From positions 48,020 to 112,019 of IMG/VR virus record IMGVR_UViG_3300032334_001937: a stretch of 64,000 bases of DNA; one strand, written 5' to 3'. Shown here piece by piece: positions 20,195 through 30,940 of this stretch. The translations under genes and the position numbers were made by a program. This stretch comes from a virus. The first letter of the stretch is position 1. The number at the start of each line of letters is the position of its first letter. Under the pieces are notes generated by a model. That model was not told where the DNA came from. It saw nothing but the letters and a program-made list of their open reading frames with translations, and did no database searches.

Positions 20195-20437
20195 TTAGCG
20201 CCGTCTTCTTCCTCTACCAAAATTATTTTGTGATGGTAAACGAATTCCATTTGGTGTTCCAGATGGATTGACTGCGTTTGGACCTGATGTATCACCCATG
20301 TTTGCATTACCAAATGTTCCCATGGTATTAACTTGCAAACCACCTGGACCCATAATGATTACTCCTGGGTTTCCAAGTGTAACAATAGCACCTTCTGCAA
20401 CATGTGTATGATCTTGTGGTGTTCCTGGATATGACAT
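20195..20437 (-). CDS. Small protein paralogous to the major capsid N-terminal arm, with an Arg-rich tail
   Basis: YPGT..HTH..EGA and NAVNPxGTPxGIxLPxQ are shared with the capsid N-terminus; has an RBS (AAGGAG). Confidence 0.75.
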   Translation of the reverse strand: MSYPGTPQDHTHVAEGAIVTLGNPGVIIMGPGGLQVNTMGTFGNANMGDTSGPNAVNPSGTPNGIRLPSQNNFGRGRRRR

Positions 20438-20505
20438 TTATTCTCCTTATAAATGACTAAAGGGGGACAGATTTTACTCCATCCCCCAAGTCAATCGTTT
20501 TGCGA

Positions 20506-21618
20506 TTATGAGTTGTTTGCTGCTGTTGCGAATGCAACTGCGTCAAGTTCTTCCCACTGAAGACCAAAGCGGACGAATACTGTGTATTCAATTGTGTCCT
20601 TCTTTGGCTGGTAGAAACGGTTTACAGTGATATCACGCTGGAATCCCCATACACGGTTCTGAGGGAATGTAAGATCTACATAACCTGCAGGGTAGTAAGG
20701 AACTTCCTGAACTTCAACACCGAGAACACGTGTTGTACGTGCTCCACCAAATGTCTGAGCGTTTCCATCATAGTATGCCTGACGGTTAGCCTCAGTACCA
20801 CCAAGACGTGGTGTAAATGCTTCTGCAATTGCATCAGCAAGTGTACCGTTGTTCTTGACAATACCCTGGAATGCGTCTGTACCAGCATAGAACTTAAGAT
20901 TGTTCTTAATTGCACGGTACTTACGTGGCATTGCAAGGATGATATCCTGAAGGATTGGGGTTGTCCAGTTGTTATTAGCAACTGTTACGAGAGACTCGTG
21001 TGAATCTCCGCCCTGTACCTTTGAAACAAAGCCTTCCATGATTGAAAGGAAGTTTCCTGTTGAACCGTCACCGTTGATCGCAAGATCTTCAATGTCGTTA
21101 GCAAAAGCTGTTGTCATCAAACGTACGAGATGGTCTTCAAGAGCTCCACCTTCTACGTTATCTTCAAGTGCTTCTGTTGATACTTCCCAGTCAAGACGAA
21201 TCTTCTTAGTAGTCAATTCAACCTTTGAGAAAGTTGCGCCTGCATTTGTAAATGTAGGGTCTGCCTGTGCTGCTGCACGAATTACACGCTCACCAACGTT
21301 AACCTTTTCAAGTTCCATTGTGTTGGCTCTCATAGTAACTCTACGTCCATCCTTAGCGAGAACTGTAGCATCCCACACATAATCAATGAAGCGACGAGCT
21401 TGTTCAGGCAATAGGATACCACCTGGTGTACCTACAGGGTTAACTGCGTTTGCACCAAATGTTCCGTAATTTGCACCATCAATGTTACCCATAACGCCTT
21501 CACGACCATTAACAATGGCTGCTGCGTCTGCGGTAGAACCAGATGCTACTGCACCCTCACCTGTGTGGGTGTGGCCCTGTGTAGTTCCTGGATAGTTTTT
21601 TACGATATCTTCTGACAT
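20506..21618 (-). CDS. Major capsid protein (HK97 fold)
   Basis: GGILLPEQARRFID, VSTEALEDN, FANDIEDLAINGD motifs; GGAGGTGA RBS before MSED; follows the protease. Confidence 0.92.
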   Translation of the reverse strand: MSEDIVKNYPGTTQGHTHTGEGAVASGSTADAAAIVNGREGVMGNIDGANYGTFGANAVNPVGTPGGILLPEQARRFIDYVWDATVLAKDGRRVTMRANTMELEKVNVGERVIRAAAQADPTFTNAGATFSKVELTTKKIRLDWEVSTEALEDNVEGGALEDHLVRLMTTAFANDIEDLAINGDGSTGNFLSIMEGFVSKVQGGDSHESLVTVANNNWTTPILQDIILAMPRKYRAIKNNLKFYAGTDAFQGIVKNNGTLADAIAEAFTPRLGGTEANRQAYYDGNAQTFGGARTTRVLGVEVQEVPYYPAGYVDLTFPQNRVWGFQRDITVNRFYQPKKDTIEYTVFVRFGLQWEELDAVAFATAANNS

Positions 21619-21645
21619 ATTGTTCACCTCCTAGTGATTTTTATG

Positions 21646-23037
21646 TTAGTTATATAGGTCGGAGAATTTGAGGAAACGTCCGCCCCATAGGGATTTTTGA
21701 ACTGGACTTTCATCCAATTCCTGCACGATCTCGCCTAGATCGCCAGACTTGCGGAAAGCTGTGTCCTTTTCTACGGAATCAACTCGCTTTCCAATTTCAT
21801 TAAAAGTACCCTTGATCTGATTTACATCAGTTGTTGTGGCATCAAGAGACTTCTTCATATTAGCAACTTCATCACTAAGTGACTTAATTGTTGCTGTTAA
21901 ATCGCTAAAGGCATTAGTAACAGATTCTTTGATATCAGAAATTGCAACTGCAATTACTTCGTCTGACTTAGGAGCCATTGGCTTCTTGTCTTCTGCTTCT
22001 TCATCCCCTGGCTTTTCAGTCGCAGCATCTGCAGCAGTTTCTTCATCAGATGGCTTTGCAGCTTTTTCTGTTGAATCTTCTTCAGTTGCATCAGACTTCT
22101 TGTCGCACTTGCATGCATCCATAGCCTTTCCACAATCTGGACATGTTGAAGCCTTTGTGACTTCCTGGGTATTAGCATCTGCCTCTGGAGCGACCTCTGA
22201 CTTTGCTACTTCTACTGCTGCTTCTGTTTCAATAACTTCTGCAACTGCATCTGTGTTTTCTGTCATGGATTGTACCTCCTTGTTAATCTTAGAAGTATTA
22301 ATGCCTTTAGCACTATCAACTAAGAATTTTATCATGTTTGTTTTTTCTGAGTCATTCTTTTCTACAAAACCAATGTTTTTCATTTCGTTACCACTTACTG
22401 GGCTAACGTATGTTTCTTCATCAGAAGTTAGAACAATTCCTGTTTCTTCATCATAGAAAACATTTTCTACAACTACATCTGCAAGGTCTCCCTTAATTGT
22501 GTCTACTCCGTCAACCTTTTCAACTGACATAATGCTTGCGAACTGATTTGCTGGGGAGTCTACAAGACTCAACTCAACAAGATCATAGTCCTTAATAACT
22601 CTAATTGTTTTATCTAGTTCTTCGTTATATGCGTCATCCCACTTATTCATTCTACCGCCGATAGAAAAACCAGTGTATGTTCCATCAAGAACTTTTTCCC
22701 ATGCATCTGCTGCACCTTTTGAAATGTATGTAGAAACATAAATGCCTTTGTAAAACTTCTTTGACTCTGGATCAAAATACTTTTCTTCTTTAAAAGAAAT
22801 CATCTTGCCAACTGCTGAAGGTTGATGCATTTCACGAATATTTCCACGGAACTTTGCAAAAGCGCTCATTGATGCTTCTGTTGTAACAATGTCATATTGC
22901 TTGTCAACATTGTCAAGGGAGGCAAAGCCAGACACAATTCTTTTCTCAATATCTACTTTTCCAAAGGGCATTGATAAGCGAACATTGTCGCCGTCAGTGG
23001 TCCAAAAAGCCTTATTTATGTTCATATCGTAATCCAT
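21646..23037 (-). CDS. Prohead protease fused to an acidic/coiled-coil scaffold region
   Basis: IREMH, TGFSIGG, ELSLVDSPAN motifs; acidic linker containing CPDC..CKC; coiled-coil C-terminus. Confidence 0.9.
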   Translation of the reverse strand: MDYDMNINKAFWTTDGDNVRLSMPFGKVDIEKRIVSGFASLDNVDKQYDIVTTEASMSAFAKFRGNIREMHQPSAVGKMISFKEEKYFDPESKKFYKGIYVSTYISKGAADAWEKVLDGTYTGFSIGGRMNKWDDAYNEELDKTIRVIKDYDLVELSLVDSPANQFASIMSVEKVDGVDTIKGDLADVVVENVFYDEETGIVLTSDEETYVSPVSGNEMKNIGFVEKNDSEKTNMIKFLVDSAKGINTSKINKEVQSMTENTDAVAEVIETEAAVEVAKSEVAPEADANTQEVTKASTCPDCGKAMDACKCDKKSDATEEDSTEKAAKPSDEETAADAATEKPGDEEAEDKKPMAPKSDEVIAVAISDIKESVTNAFSDLTATIKSLSDEVANMKKSLDATTTDVNQIKGTFNEIGKRVDSVEKDTAFRKSGDLGEIVQELDESPVQKSLWGGRFLKFSDLYN

Positions 23038-23066
23038 TATACCAAACTTTTATGTAGATTTCTCAA

Positions 23067-24701
23067 TTATTGAGACGCTCTACCTTCACCCTTCGGATTA
23101 CGTCCAGAGACTGTTGCAGGGCCATCTGATTGGTTATTTGTTCTTTCTGCATCTCTAGAACGATTGCCATTTGCTCTTGCATCGGCAGCCTGCCTTGGAC
23201 TTAACTCAAGAGGAGTATCTCCATGCTCTGCCTGTGGAAGATCAAGGATTTCACGAGCTTCATTAGGAAGCATAATCTGATTCTTAACATAACGCTCAAG
23301 AATCTGTGACTGTGCAATCTCATCTGTAAGAGTAAGTTCGTTAAACTTAAACTGAAGAATATCTGTTCTTTCCTTAATAATTTTGCTAATTACCTTCTCA
23401 AGATGCTGTTGTTCTGGACGAGAAACCTGCTCTTTAAATGTGCGATCTTGTGCTAATGCTGCAGCGATTGCTCCTGATTCTGAACCACCAAGCTTAGAAA
23501 TTGGAACTTGATGAGCGATCAAAATATCATCACGATTCTGCTTACGGTATTCCTTAAATGAACCATCCTGAATTCCATTCTCAATTGGTTTCATATCAAA
23601 CTCAACCTTAGAATGATCGTTATCACCAGGTAGTGGGATATACAAAGTTCTGTGTGACTGAGATTTTAGTCCTGTCTGTAGGAATCGGAACATCTTATCT
23701 TCAGCATCAGCCGATAGCTTGGCACCCTTAAGAGTAATTACATATCTTGGTACCGCTTTGTTTTCAAAATAATCAATGTTGTATTGTGAAGCAAGCTGGT
23801 CACCAATAAGTGATGGCAGCGCTGCGATAATATCTGGGACACCATAATAAGTGTTTAGTGGAGAGTAATCCTTGAAATGAATAATTTCATTTGGACGATT
23901 ATCTGCTGTCAGTGGGTTACGGTTAGTTGCTCCAAAATTACGGAAGTAAACAACCTTTGGCCCAATGATTTGAACATATCCATCACGGATACGACGCACA
24001 CGCATTGTTGTTGATGGAATGTGACCAATGTAACCAATCTCACCACTTACAGTTCTACCAACTTCCATATATCCATTACCAGTTGCCTGTAGGTCTGTAT
24101 AAATTTTTTCCATTGTGCGAGTAAAACTGTCATCATCATTTAGTGATTCAAGCCAATCACGAAGTTCTAGTTTTGCTCTTTCAATGCGGTTACGTGCACG
24201 TGCTGTAGCAGCCTGATCTGAATTATTTTCAAGACTCATCATTGTGCGGTCTGTTACATCAAAACGATATCCAAGACCAACAACATTTTCTACCTTTGCA
24301 TCAATGGCAGCATGATTAGCAAAAGATGTATCATAAAAGTTAGCTAGTTCATACATATTGTATGGAGGAGTAATTACATCAAAAAGACCATAGCCATTTC
24401 GGTATACCAAACCAGGATTAATTGCTTTAGAGCCAGAATCCTTTAAGCCTTTTGGATCTGCATTTGCCGAATCAAGATATGGAACACTAAGAAGATCAAT
24501 GTTTGCATTTGTTGCAAGATAGCCTTCTTGTGTCATTGCTTTGTTTACTTGTCTTGAAATACGACGCTTAACATTATCTTCAAGTCCCGTTAAAGATTTT
24601 AATTCTTCCCATGATTTATTAAATGGGTCACTGTTTTTAAATTGACTTTCTGGTTTTTCTGTTGTGCCAAGTCTGGCTTCTAGATAATCTTCGTTATTCA
24701 T
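23067..24701 (-). CDS. Portal protein
   Basis: TGNGYMEV, EIIHFKDYSP, YFENKAVP, PNEARE motifs; start moved to MNNED. Confidence 0.92.
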   Translation of the reverse strand: MNNEDYLEARLGTTEKPESQFKNSDPFNKSWEELKSLTGLEDNVKRRISRQVNKAMTQEGYLATNANIDLLSVPYLDSANADPKGLKDSGSKAINPGLVYRNGYGLFDVITPPYNMYELANFYDTSFANHAAIDAKVENVVGLGYRFDVTDRTMMSLENNSDQAATARARNRIERAKLELRDWLESLNDDDSFTRTMEKIYTDLQATGNGYMEVGRTVSGEIGYIGHIPSTTMRVRRIRDGYVQIIGPKVVYFRNFGATNRNPLTADNRPNEIIHFKDYSPLNTYYGVPDIIAALPSLIGDQLASQYNIDYFENKAVPRYVITLKGAKLSADAEDKMFRFLQTGLKSQSHRTLYIPLPGDNDHSKVEFDMKPIENGIQDGSFKEYRKQNRDDILIAHQVPISKLGGSESGAIAAALAQDRTFKEQVSRPEQQHLEKVISKIIKERTDILQFKFNELTLTDEIAQSQILERYVKNQIMLPNEAREILDLPQAEHGDTPLELSPRQAADARANGNRSRDAERTNNQSDGPATVSGRNPKGEGRASQ

Positions 24702-25095
24702 CAAACGCTGCCCCGCCTGCTTTATTAAGAGTTTGCTGTGCTGCATGCCATGCGCCAAGATCGTTCATGGAAGGAATTAATCCAGCTTTCATGCGATCTA
24801 TTTGCTCAGAATGCTCTTCATCAGTGATTCTTGTAAGACCAGGAACAAAAACTGCTTCTCCATCACCTTCATCACCATAATGCTTAGCTGCTGCCTTAAG
24901 TTCTGCAATTTTAGTTAGATCATTACGCATTGACTCAATGTTTAGTACATTCCCACTGCCGTCCGTAAACCACTTGCCATTTGACTTCTTGTACACATAT
25001 AGACCCCAGTTATACTTCTTTTCAATAACTTGTCTACGTACATTTTTGACAATTGGTTCGCCAGTTTCAGGGTTGATTAAAGAATCCATAACCAT
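24694..25095 (-). CDS. Hypothetical protein upstream of portal
   Basis: 133 aa, overlaps the portal start, preceded by a TGGTATACT promoter. Confidence 0.7.
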   Translation of the reverse strand: MVMDSLINPETGEPIVKNVRRQVIEKKYNWGLYVYKKSNGKWFTDGSGNVLNIESMRNDLTKIAELKAAAKHYGDEGDGEAVFVPGLTRITDEEHSEQIDRMKAGLIPSMNDLGAWHAAQQTLNKAGGAAFDE

Positions 25096-25142
25096 CAGTA
25101 TACCATATTCCCCACTAAATAAGTATTTAAAGAACCACTATT

Positions 25143-27176
25143 TTAGTAAAACTTAATTTCGCAGGCATCTGTTGAGCAATATGCCTCACCTGCTGCTTCA
25201 AGGTTTTCTACTCCATCATAAATAGCGGACCAGTCAATTTTACCAATCTTGCCAACATATGAGTTATATTCTTCACGTGTGATTTCTGTATATGGCTGCT
25301 GAGGATAAGTTTTATTTCCCATTGGAAGAAAAGAAACTGCCTTTAGCTGACCCTCATACATATTAAGTGCTGGAGCGACAAACTTCTTTTCTTCTTCCTT
25401 GTCAAATGAGAGTGTTACAGAAACACCATTATCTGACCAGTACTTCTGAGCGGTTGCTGCCAAACCAATCTTTTCAAATAGGCTAACCTGCTTCTCAGAA
25501 CGTTTATGTCCTGATGCTACTGGGAAATATACTACTTGAGTATTTGCTGATACTAGATCTGGTTCAACTTTATATCCCGCTGCTTTAAACAAATGAAGCA
25601 TTGGATCAGTATCTCCAAAACGAATAGCACGAAGATAGAATTCTCCACCAGGTCCCCAGTGAACTCCAGGTGTAGCACCAGAAAGAAGCGATACAGATCC
25701 TGATGGCTTAACTGTTGTCACACGAACTGATTCACGAACACAAAGCCATTCTGAATACTGATGATCATATTTACGAATTGTTGAGTAACCCTCATCCATC
25801 CATTCACGAGTTGTTGGCAAACCATGTTCGTCAGCAAAAGCAGCAATTCCTGTAAGGGATGTACCAATGCGACGATTGCGTTGCATAATTCCGTTTGTAA
25901 CTGGCCAATGTGTTGGCATAAGAGTAACAGTCTTTCCATACAAATATGCAAACTTAAGAGTCTTCAAAAAGTCTTCTTTTGACTCATGGCGATTAAGGTG
26001 AACCTCTACAAGGGTACAAAGTTCATACGATTCAAGTGGCTGCTCTGCACATGGATTAAATCCCATAATACGAGCATCTTTATAATCTGGAGCATCTGCA
26101 AGGCGACCATAGTCACGTGCAACCCCTAGCCAGATAAAACCTGGCTCTCCGTTGTCTGCAATTAAATCTACATAATCTTCATACTTAGTTCCAACTTCAG
26201 CAGCAATAGAGTTATTACTCATCCATGCCCAACCTGGTTTTTCTGGATCATAGGAGTTTCTTTCTGGGAAGACTTCTGGATTTTTAAGATTAATAAAGCC
26301 ATCATCTTCTGGTGTACCCAAAGCAAGAGTTGCAGAACGACGAACATTTCCAGAAACAACACATGTTCCAATAAGGTTTACGATATCTACAATTGCACGG
26401 CTATCAAGCATATCTCCTGCTCTAGAGCCCACAACATTGCGAATGCGTGTATGGAGATCAATAAGTGGCGCTGGACCGCTTGCAACGCCTCCAAAGCCCT
26501 TAATAGGGGCTCCTAGAGGGCGGATAAGGTCATAGTTAAACTCTTGAATTGGTTGGTTCTGGCGTAAAAATGAATTAATCAAAAGGCGTACAGATTCTAC
26601 CCATCCTTCACGGGTATCTGGAATTTCATAGGTAGATACTGGTTCATTAGGAGCATAAATAGACATTTGCTTATCTTGTCCAAGAGTATCAAATCCTACT
26701 CCAATACCCAGCATTAATGCATCCATAACCCAAGCAAATAATGCACCTGGATCATTGCGGTCAATGTCACGAGTAGAAACCATTGCACAGTTTTGGAGGG
26801 AAGCAGAGTTACGCTTTTCCATAGTCATAGGTGTACCGAATGCCCAAAGACCACGACCTGGTGGTGTCCACTTCAATTCAAACATTCTCTGGAAAGCTTC
26901 CTGAGCAGACTTCTGTGCCTTGTTATCATTCCATGGAAGACGATTGTCTTTAGCATGGTTCTTCTGAACTGAATACATACCCTCAATTACACGACGGCAA
27001 ACTTCATGCCAGCGTTCCTTAGTTCCATCTTCCTTAACACGAGAATATGTACGAATAAATGTAATCTCTCCAAGTGAGTTAGATCCTGCATCTTGAAATC
27101 CAAAAGGACTTGGAGCGTTGTTATATTTATTTACAAATTCATCGGAAAGACGAAAAGAGAATACTGTATCTGACAT
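25143..27176 (-). CDS. nrdJ: Class II (adenosylcobalamin-dependent) ribonucleotide reductase
   Basis: PPGRGLW, NPCAEQ, CTLVE, TTVKPSGS motifs and C-terminal CSTDAC; no small subunit nearby. Confidence 0.93.
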   Translation of the reverse strand: MSDTVFSFRLSDEFVNKYNNAPSPFGFQDAGSNSLGEITFIRTYSRVKEDGTKERWHEVCRRVIEGMYSVQKNHAKDNRLPWNDNKAQKSAQEAFQRMFELKWTPPGRGLWAFGTPMTMEKRNSASLQNCAMVSTRDIDRNDPGALFAWVMDALMLGIGVGFDTLGQDKQMSIYAPNEPVSTYEIPDTREGWVESVRLLINSFLRQNQPIQEFNYDLIRPLGAPIKGFGGVASGPAPLIDLHTRIRNVVGSRAGDMLDSRAIVDIVNLIGTCVVSGNVRRSATLALGTPEDDGFINLKNPEVFPERNSYDPEKPGWAWMSNNSIAAEVGTKYEDYVDLIADNGEPGFIWLGVARDYGRLADAPDYKDARIMGFNPCAEQPLESYELCTLVEVHLNRHESKEDFLKTLKFAYLYGKTVTLMPTHWPVTNGIMQRNRRIGTSLTGIAAFADEHGLPTTREWMDEGYSTIRKYDHQYSEWLCVRESVRVTTVKPSGSVSLLSGATPGVHWGPGGEFYLRAIRFGDTDPMLHLFKAAGYKVEPDLVSANTQVVYFPVASGHKRSEKQVSLFEKIGLAATAQKYWSDNGVSVTLSFDKEEEKKFVAPALNMYEGQLKAVSFLPMGNKTYPQQPYTEITREEYNSYVGKIGKIDWSAIYDGVENLEAAGEAYCSTDACEIKFY

Positions 27177-27332
27177 TTATTTACCTTTCATAGCAAAAAT
27201 AAGTTAAGTACTTTGTAAATTCCAAAGTAGTTCCTAAGTATAGCACAGTTTAAAAAGAAAAACACGCTCACAAAGAGCGTGTCAATCTATAGTTTATAGT
27301 TAGTACTTTTGCAAAACAAAAGTAGTCTTACA

Positions 27333-27962
27333 TTATGAGATCCAGTGGTTTGGAACCATATACTTTAGTCCACTCTTAACAAGGTGTGCTGTATGATGGT
27401 AAGGTGGTGATGGCGGAAATACAATAATGCTTCCTGCTTTTGGTTTTACAGCAAATGTATAATTTCCAGTTCTTTCTGCTTCAGCAAAATCTGGGGTTGG
27501 TCCTGCTTGCTGCAAAATTCCATCAGGAGAAGAAATAGTAAATGATATTTCTCCGCCCTCATAATCATCATTAAGGTACATGACAAAAGAAACCTTTAGT
27601 CTTTCATCTCCTTCTTGCTGATCAAAGTGAGCGCCCATAAATGTACCAGGTTCATATCTTTTTATTGGGTACATAGGAAATAGCTTTGGCTCATCTGTAA
27701 TTCCTTGTGCAGCTGCATAGTCTTTTGCTACAACATCAAAGGCATCTCTAATTGTATTATAGATATAGTTATTTTTTTCATCATCATTCTCTGGAGTATA
27801 GATGGTCTTGTCTGTTCCATACACATAGTGCTGTCCACTACAGGCCATCCATTCACCCCAGGGATCTTCATTATCTTTGTCAATTGCCTCAACAAGTTTT
27901 TGAGGGTCTTGAATTACGTTTGTGTAATAGTAGACCTTTTCTTCAAGTATTTCTCTTTCCAT
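27333..27962 (-). CDS. 2OG-Fe(II) oxygenase, prolyl 4-hydroxylase-like
   Basis: HFD...YLNDDYEGGE...HHTA...KY. Confidence 0.88.
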   Translation of the reverse strand: MEREILEEKVYYYTNVIQDPQKLVEAIDKDNEDPWGEWMACSGQHYVYGTDKTIYTPENDDEKNNYIYNTIRDAFDVVAKDYAAAQGITDEPKLFPMYPIKRYEPGTFMGAHFDQQEGDERLKVSFVMYLNDDYEGGEISFTISSPDGILQQAGPTPDFAEAERTGNYTFAVKPKAGSIIVFPPSPPYHHTAHLVKSGLKYMVPNHWIS

Positions 27963-27973
27963 TTTATATCTCC

Positions 27974-28633
27974 TTAGTATCTATTCTTTTCGTAGTGATC
28001 TTTTTCTCTAATGAAACCTACTATGACATATCTTATTGGTCCATCACCAACAAATCTTACTCCGTGTTCATATTTTTCAGTTCCTGGAAAAACCAATAAA
28101 GAACCTGGTTTTGGCTTTAGTTCTATGTCAAGATGTTCAAAGAAAAGTTCTCCATCTACATAGTCATCATTTAAATAAAGAATTGTTGCATAGCGAATTG
28201 AGGGGTCTGTGTGCTGATCTGTATGTGATTTTAATTGAACCTTTTCCTGCATTCTTTGCATAGTTCCAAATCCACCAAGCTCTAAGCTGTCATCTAATTG
28301 TTTAACTAAAGAGTTTACTCTAGTATGAATTGTTCCAGTTACTTCATATTCAGTAATCTGCAAATTTTTATCATTCCAGTTTTTAGTAATTTCAAACTTA
28401 CCTTCTGCAACTAAGTTATCAACATCATCTCTTCCAAACTTTTCAAGACAAAATCTTTTTAAGTTTTTTACATACTCTATTGACCAGTCTTCTTCTGGTC
28501 TTGTATTAATAATATCCCATAAAGATGCAAGTTCTTCTTTAGACAAAAAATCCTCTACAAGCAAAATTTCATCGTCAATATCTGTACATTTAAAGTTATT
28601 TTTTTCAAATGACTCTTTTAAAAAATTAGACAT
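27974..28633 (-). CDS. 2OG-Fe(II) oxygenase, prolyl 4-hydroxylase-like
   Basis: HTD...YLNDDYVDGE...HGV...RY. Confidence 0.88.
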   Translation of the reverse strand: MSNFLKESFEKNNFKCTDIDDEILLVEDFLSKEELASLWDIINTRPEEDWSIEYVKNLKRFCLEKFGRDDVDNLVAEGKFEITKNWNDKNLQITEYEVTGTIHTRVNSLVKQLDDSLELGGFGTMQRMQEKVQLKSHTDQHTDPSIRYATILYLNDDYVDGELFFEHLDIELKPKPGSLLVFPGTEKYEHGVRFVGDGPIRYVIVGFIREKDHYEKNRY

Positions 28634-29384
28634 TATTCTCCAGATCCTCTATCTTGTACCTATTACCACTAGCATCTATTTTATACCCTTGTTTGATGAG
28701 CTCTTGCCATTCTGCTCTTTCAATCTCTTGCTTTGCCCTAGTTTCTTTCATTTCTGCTGCCCAAGCATCTCTTACCTCTTGTGGGTATGCAGATTCTTCT
28801 CTATCATCCCAGAAAGATCCGATTGTATATCTAATACCCTTGGTGATTAAAGAAACTTCATGCATATTATTAAAACCACCATCAAATACTGCAAGCATTC
28901 CAACTTTAGGCTTAATTTCTATATCTTGATCTGGAAATTTTAAAAGTCCACCCTCAAAATCATCATTAAGGTATAAAAATCCTGCATATCTGCTTCTTGT
29001 AAATGCTCCAGAATTTCCATGCTCGTCTGTGTTGTCGGAGTGAATTCTTGCATATGCTCCTGGCTCCCATTTTTGAGTATGATATCCAATCTTACAAATT
29101 GTTTTTGGATCAAGGTCGTGTACTGAAGCAATGGCTTCTGGCATAACTTTCTCAATATCAGAAAACATTGTAGGTGAAAGTCCAGCATCTAAAACTTCTT
29201 GATCATTATCTTGTGGAGTTACAGAAGAATATGATTCATAAAAAGATATTGGCATCCAAGAAAGCTTGCCGTTATGTGCTTGAGCATCTAGTGCTTGAAT
29301 CATTTTTTTACAGTTTTCTTCAGAAATAAAGTTTTCGTAAACAACTATATCCTTTGTGATTCTTTTTTTATTATCTAGGTTCAT
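28626..29384 (-). CDS. 2OG-Fe(II) oxygenase, prolyl 4-hydroxylase-like
   Basis: HSD...YLNDDFEGG...HEV...RY. Confidence 0.88.
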   Translation of the reverse strand: MNLDNKKRITKDIVVYENFISEENCKKMIQALDAQAHNGKLSWMPISFYESYSSVTPQDNDQEVLDAGLSPTMFSDIEKVMPEAIASVHDLDPKTICKIGYHTQKWEPGAYARIHSDNTDEHGNSGAFTRSRYAGFLYLNDDFEGGLLKFPDQDIEIKPKVGMLAVFDGGFNNMHEVSLITKGIRYTIGSFWDDREESAYPQEVRDAWAAEMKETRAKQEIERAEWQELIKQGYKIDASGNRYKIEDLENNV

Positions 29385-30241
29385 CTTATTCTTCTCTCTT
29401 TGTCGGCATTAATTTTATTTGGATTCTTTTTTCTAAATTCTTCCATAATCTCTGACCATTCTTTGGCCCACTCTTCTTTTCCATAGTCAGCTTCTCTTTT
29501 GAGCCACATCTTGTCGCCAACTTCATACTTCATCCAGTACATTCTGGATAGATATTTTTTTGCTCCTCTTGGTGGGAGCACTCCATGAATATAAACCTGA
29601 TCATTTTTAGTCAATACATCTGGGTGGCCAGAAGGGAAAAGTAAGTAATCTCCAGCCTCTGGCTTATACATGTAGGCTTCACCATCAACAATAAAATCAA
29701 TCTCTCCACCCTCATAGTCATCATTAAAGTAAGCTAAAGCAGTTATAGCAAATTTATATCCTGGTGTTACCATTGGTTCTCTTACGTAGTCGGAATGATA
29801 TGTCATTGCTACTGGATCTTCTATATCTTCTCTATATCTTGCTATTGACGGCCCATTGGTTTTCCATAATTTTACAGTATCACCTTCATGGGTTGTGACC
29901 ATTGCATCTTTATCAAAATCAACACTATTTCTAGATATATAGTCTTCAGTTGCTAAATAAAAGTTTTCAAAAAGTTCTACCATTGCAGCTTTTTGCTCTT
30001 CGTCTTTTTCTGTTGCTGCTTCTACACTTTTAATTTCTTCTATGCTCATGGCACCTGGGCAACCTTTAAATAATGGATTAAGGTACTCTCCAAAACCAGA
30101 CCATTGTGACCAAGGGCTAAGTATTGCATCTTTATCTTCATCTTTTAGGATTGAGAATGTTTTTGAAATATCTTTAAACAGATTTTTATAAACAAATATC
30201 TTAGGATATATTTCAATACAGTCTAAAACCTTTTCTTTCAC
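29381..30241 (-). CDS. 2OG-Fe(II) oxygenase, prolyl 4-hydroxylase-like
   Basis: HSD...YFNDDYEGGE...HGV...KY. Confidence 0.88.
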   Translation of the reverse strand: MKEKVLDCIEIYPKIFVYKNLFKDISKTFSILKDEDKDAILSPWSQWSGFGEYLNPLFKGCPGAMSIEEIKSVEAATEKDEEQKAAMVELFENFYLATEDYISRNSVDFDKDAMVTTHEGDTVKLWKTNGPSIARYREDIEDPVAMTYHSDYVREPMVTPGYKFAITALAYFNDDYEGGEIDFIVDGEAYMYKPEAGDYLLFPSGHPDVLTKNDQVYIHGVLPPRGAKKYLSRMYWMKYEVGDKMWLKREADYGKEEWAKEWSEIMEEFRKKNPNKINADKERRIR

Positions 30242-30912
30242 GGCTTTCTATCTCCCGTATGCTCTGTAATTTCCCAGAAGAACGGGCATGTATATCTAAT
30301 ACCACTCTTGATCTCTGTTACTCCATGGATATAGTTTTTATCCCCTGGGAAGAAATATGCTGCACCCTTTTTGGGCTTGAACTGTACACCCTGTAATGGG
30401 AAGTATAGCTCTCCGCCTTCGTAGTCTTCATTCAAATAGAATAGGCTTGAAAGATCATAGTTTGGGAAATCATTAGGCAAGCCAGCATCTGGTCCCTCAT
30501 GAAGTTCTTTATCTGCGTGAGGTTTTTGAAATTGTCCTGGAAGCCATCTAACAATAGTTGTTCCAGTAGGTGTAACCTTTACCTTGTAGAACTCTTCAAC
30601 AATTGGCTTTAGTCTTTGAAACAATCCTGCAATTACAGGAGCAATAGCTGGATCATTTTTATCTAATGTTGGACTAGTCGCTACTCTGTCTTTCCAATAA
30701 TCTGAATCGTATACAACAGTTCCGTTTTCATTTACGTGACTCTGTGTTACATCCCAAATAGTTATAGACTTTGCAGCCTTTTCTAAAAAATCAATTTCTT
30801 CTTGTGTCATAAAGTTTTCTAGTTCAATAATCATTTCTTTTCCATTGCCAAACCAGCCCGAAGGGGTCATTGATGGTTTTCTAACTACTACTGAGGCATC
30901 CATATTATCCAT
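30238..30912 (-). CDS. 2OG-Fe(II) oxygenase, prolyl 4-hydroxylase-like
   Basis: HAD...YLNEDYEGGE...HGV...RY; leaderless promoter TGATATAAT. Confidence 0.88.
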   Translation of the reverse strand: MDNMDASVVVRKPSMTPSGWFGNGKEMIIELENFMTQEEIDFLEKAAKSITIWDVTQSHVNENGTVVYDSDYWKDRVATSPTLDKNDPAIAPVIAGLFQRLKPIVEEFYKVKVTPTGTTIVRWLPGQFQKPHADKELHEGPDAGLPNDFPNYDLSSLFYLNEDYEGGELYFPLQGVQFKPKKGAAYFFPGDKNYIHGVTEIKSGIRYTCPFFWEITEHTGDRKP

Positions 30913-30940
30913 AATAGCATTATATCATAGGCAAAAAATC

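Noticed and set aside
106-24880. Many plus-strand ORFs antisense to structural genes
   Set aside because: Shadow ORFs of long minus-strand genes, with no RBS or motifs.
25143-27176. Intein or intron in the ribonucleotide reductase
   Set aside because: Length and motifs are continuous; no splicing motifs seen.
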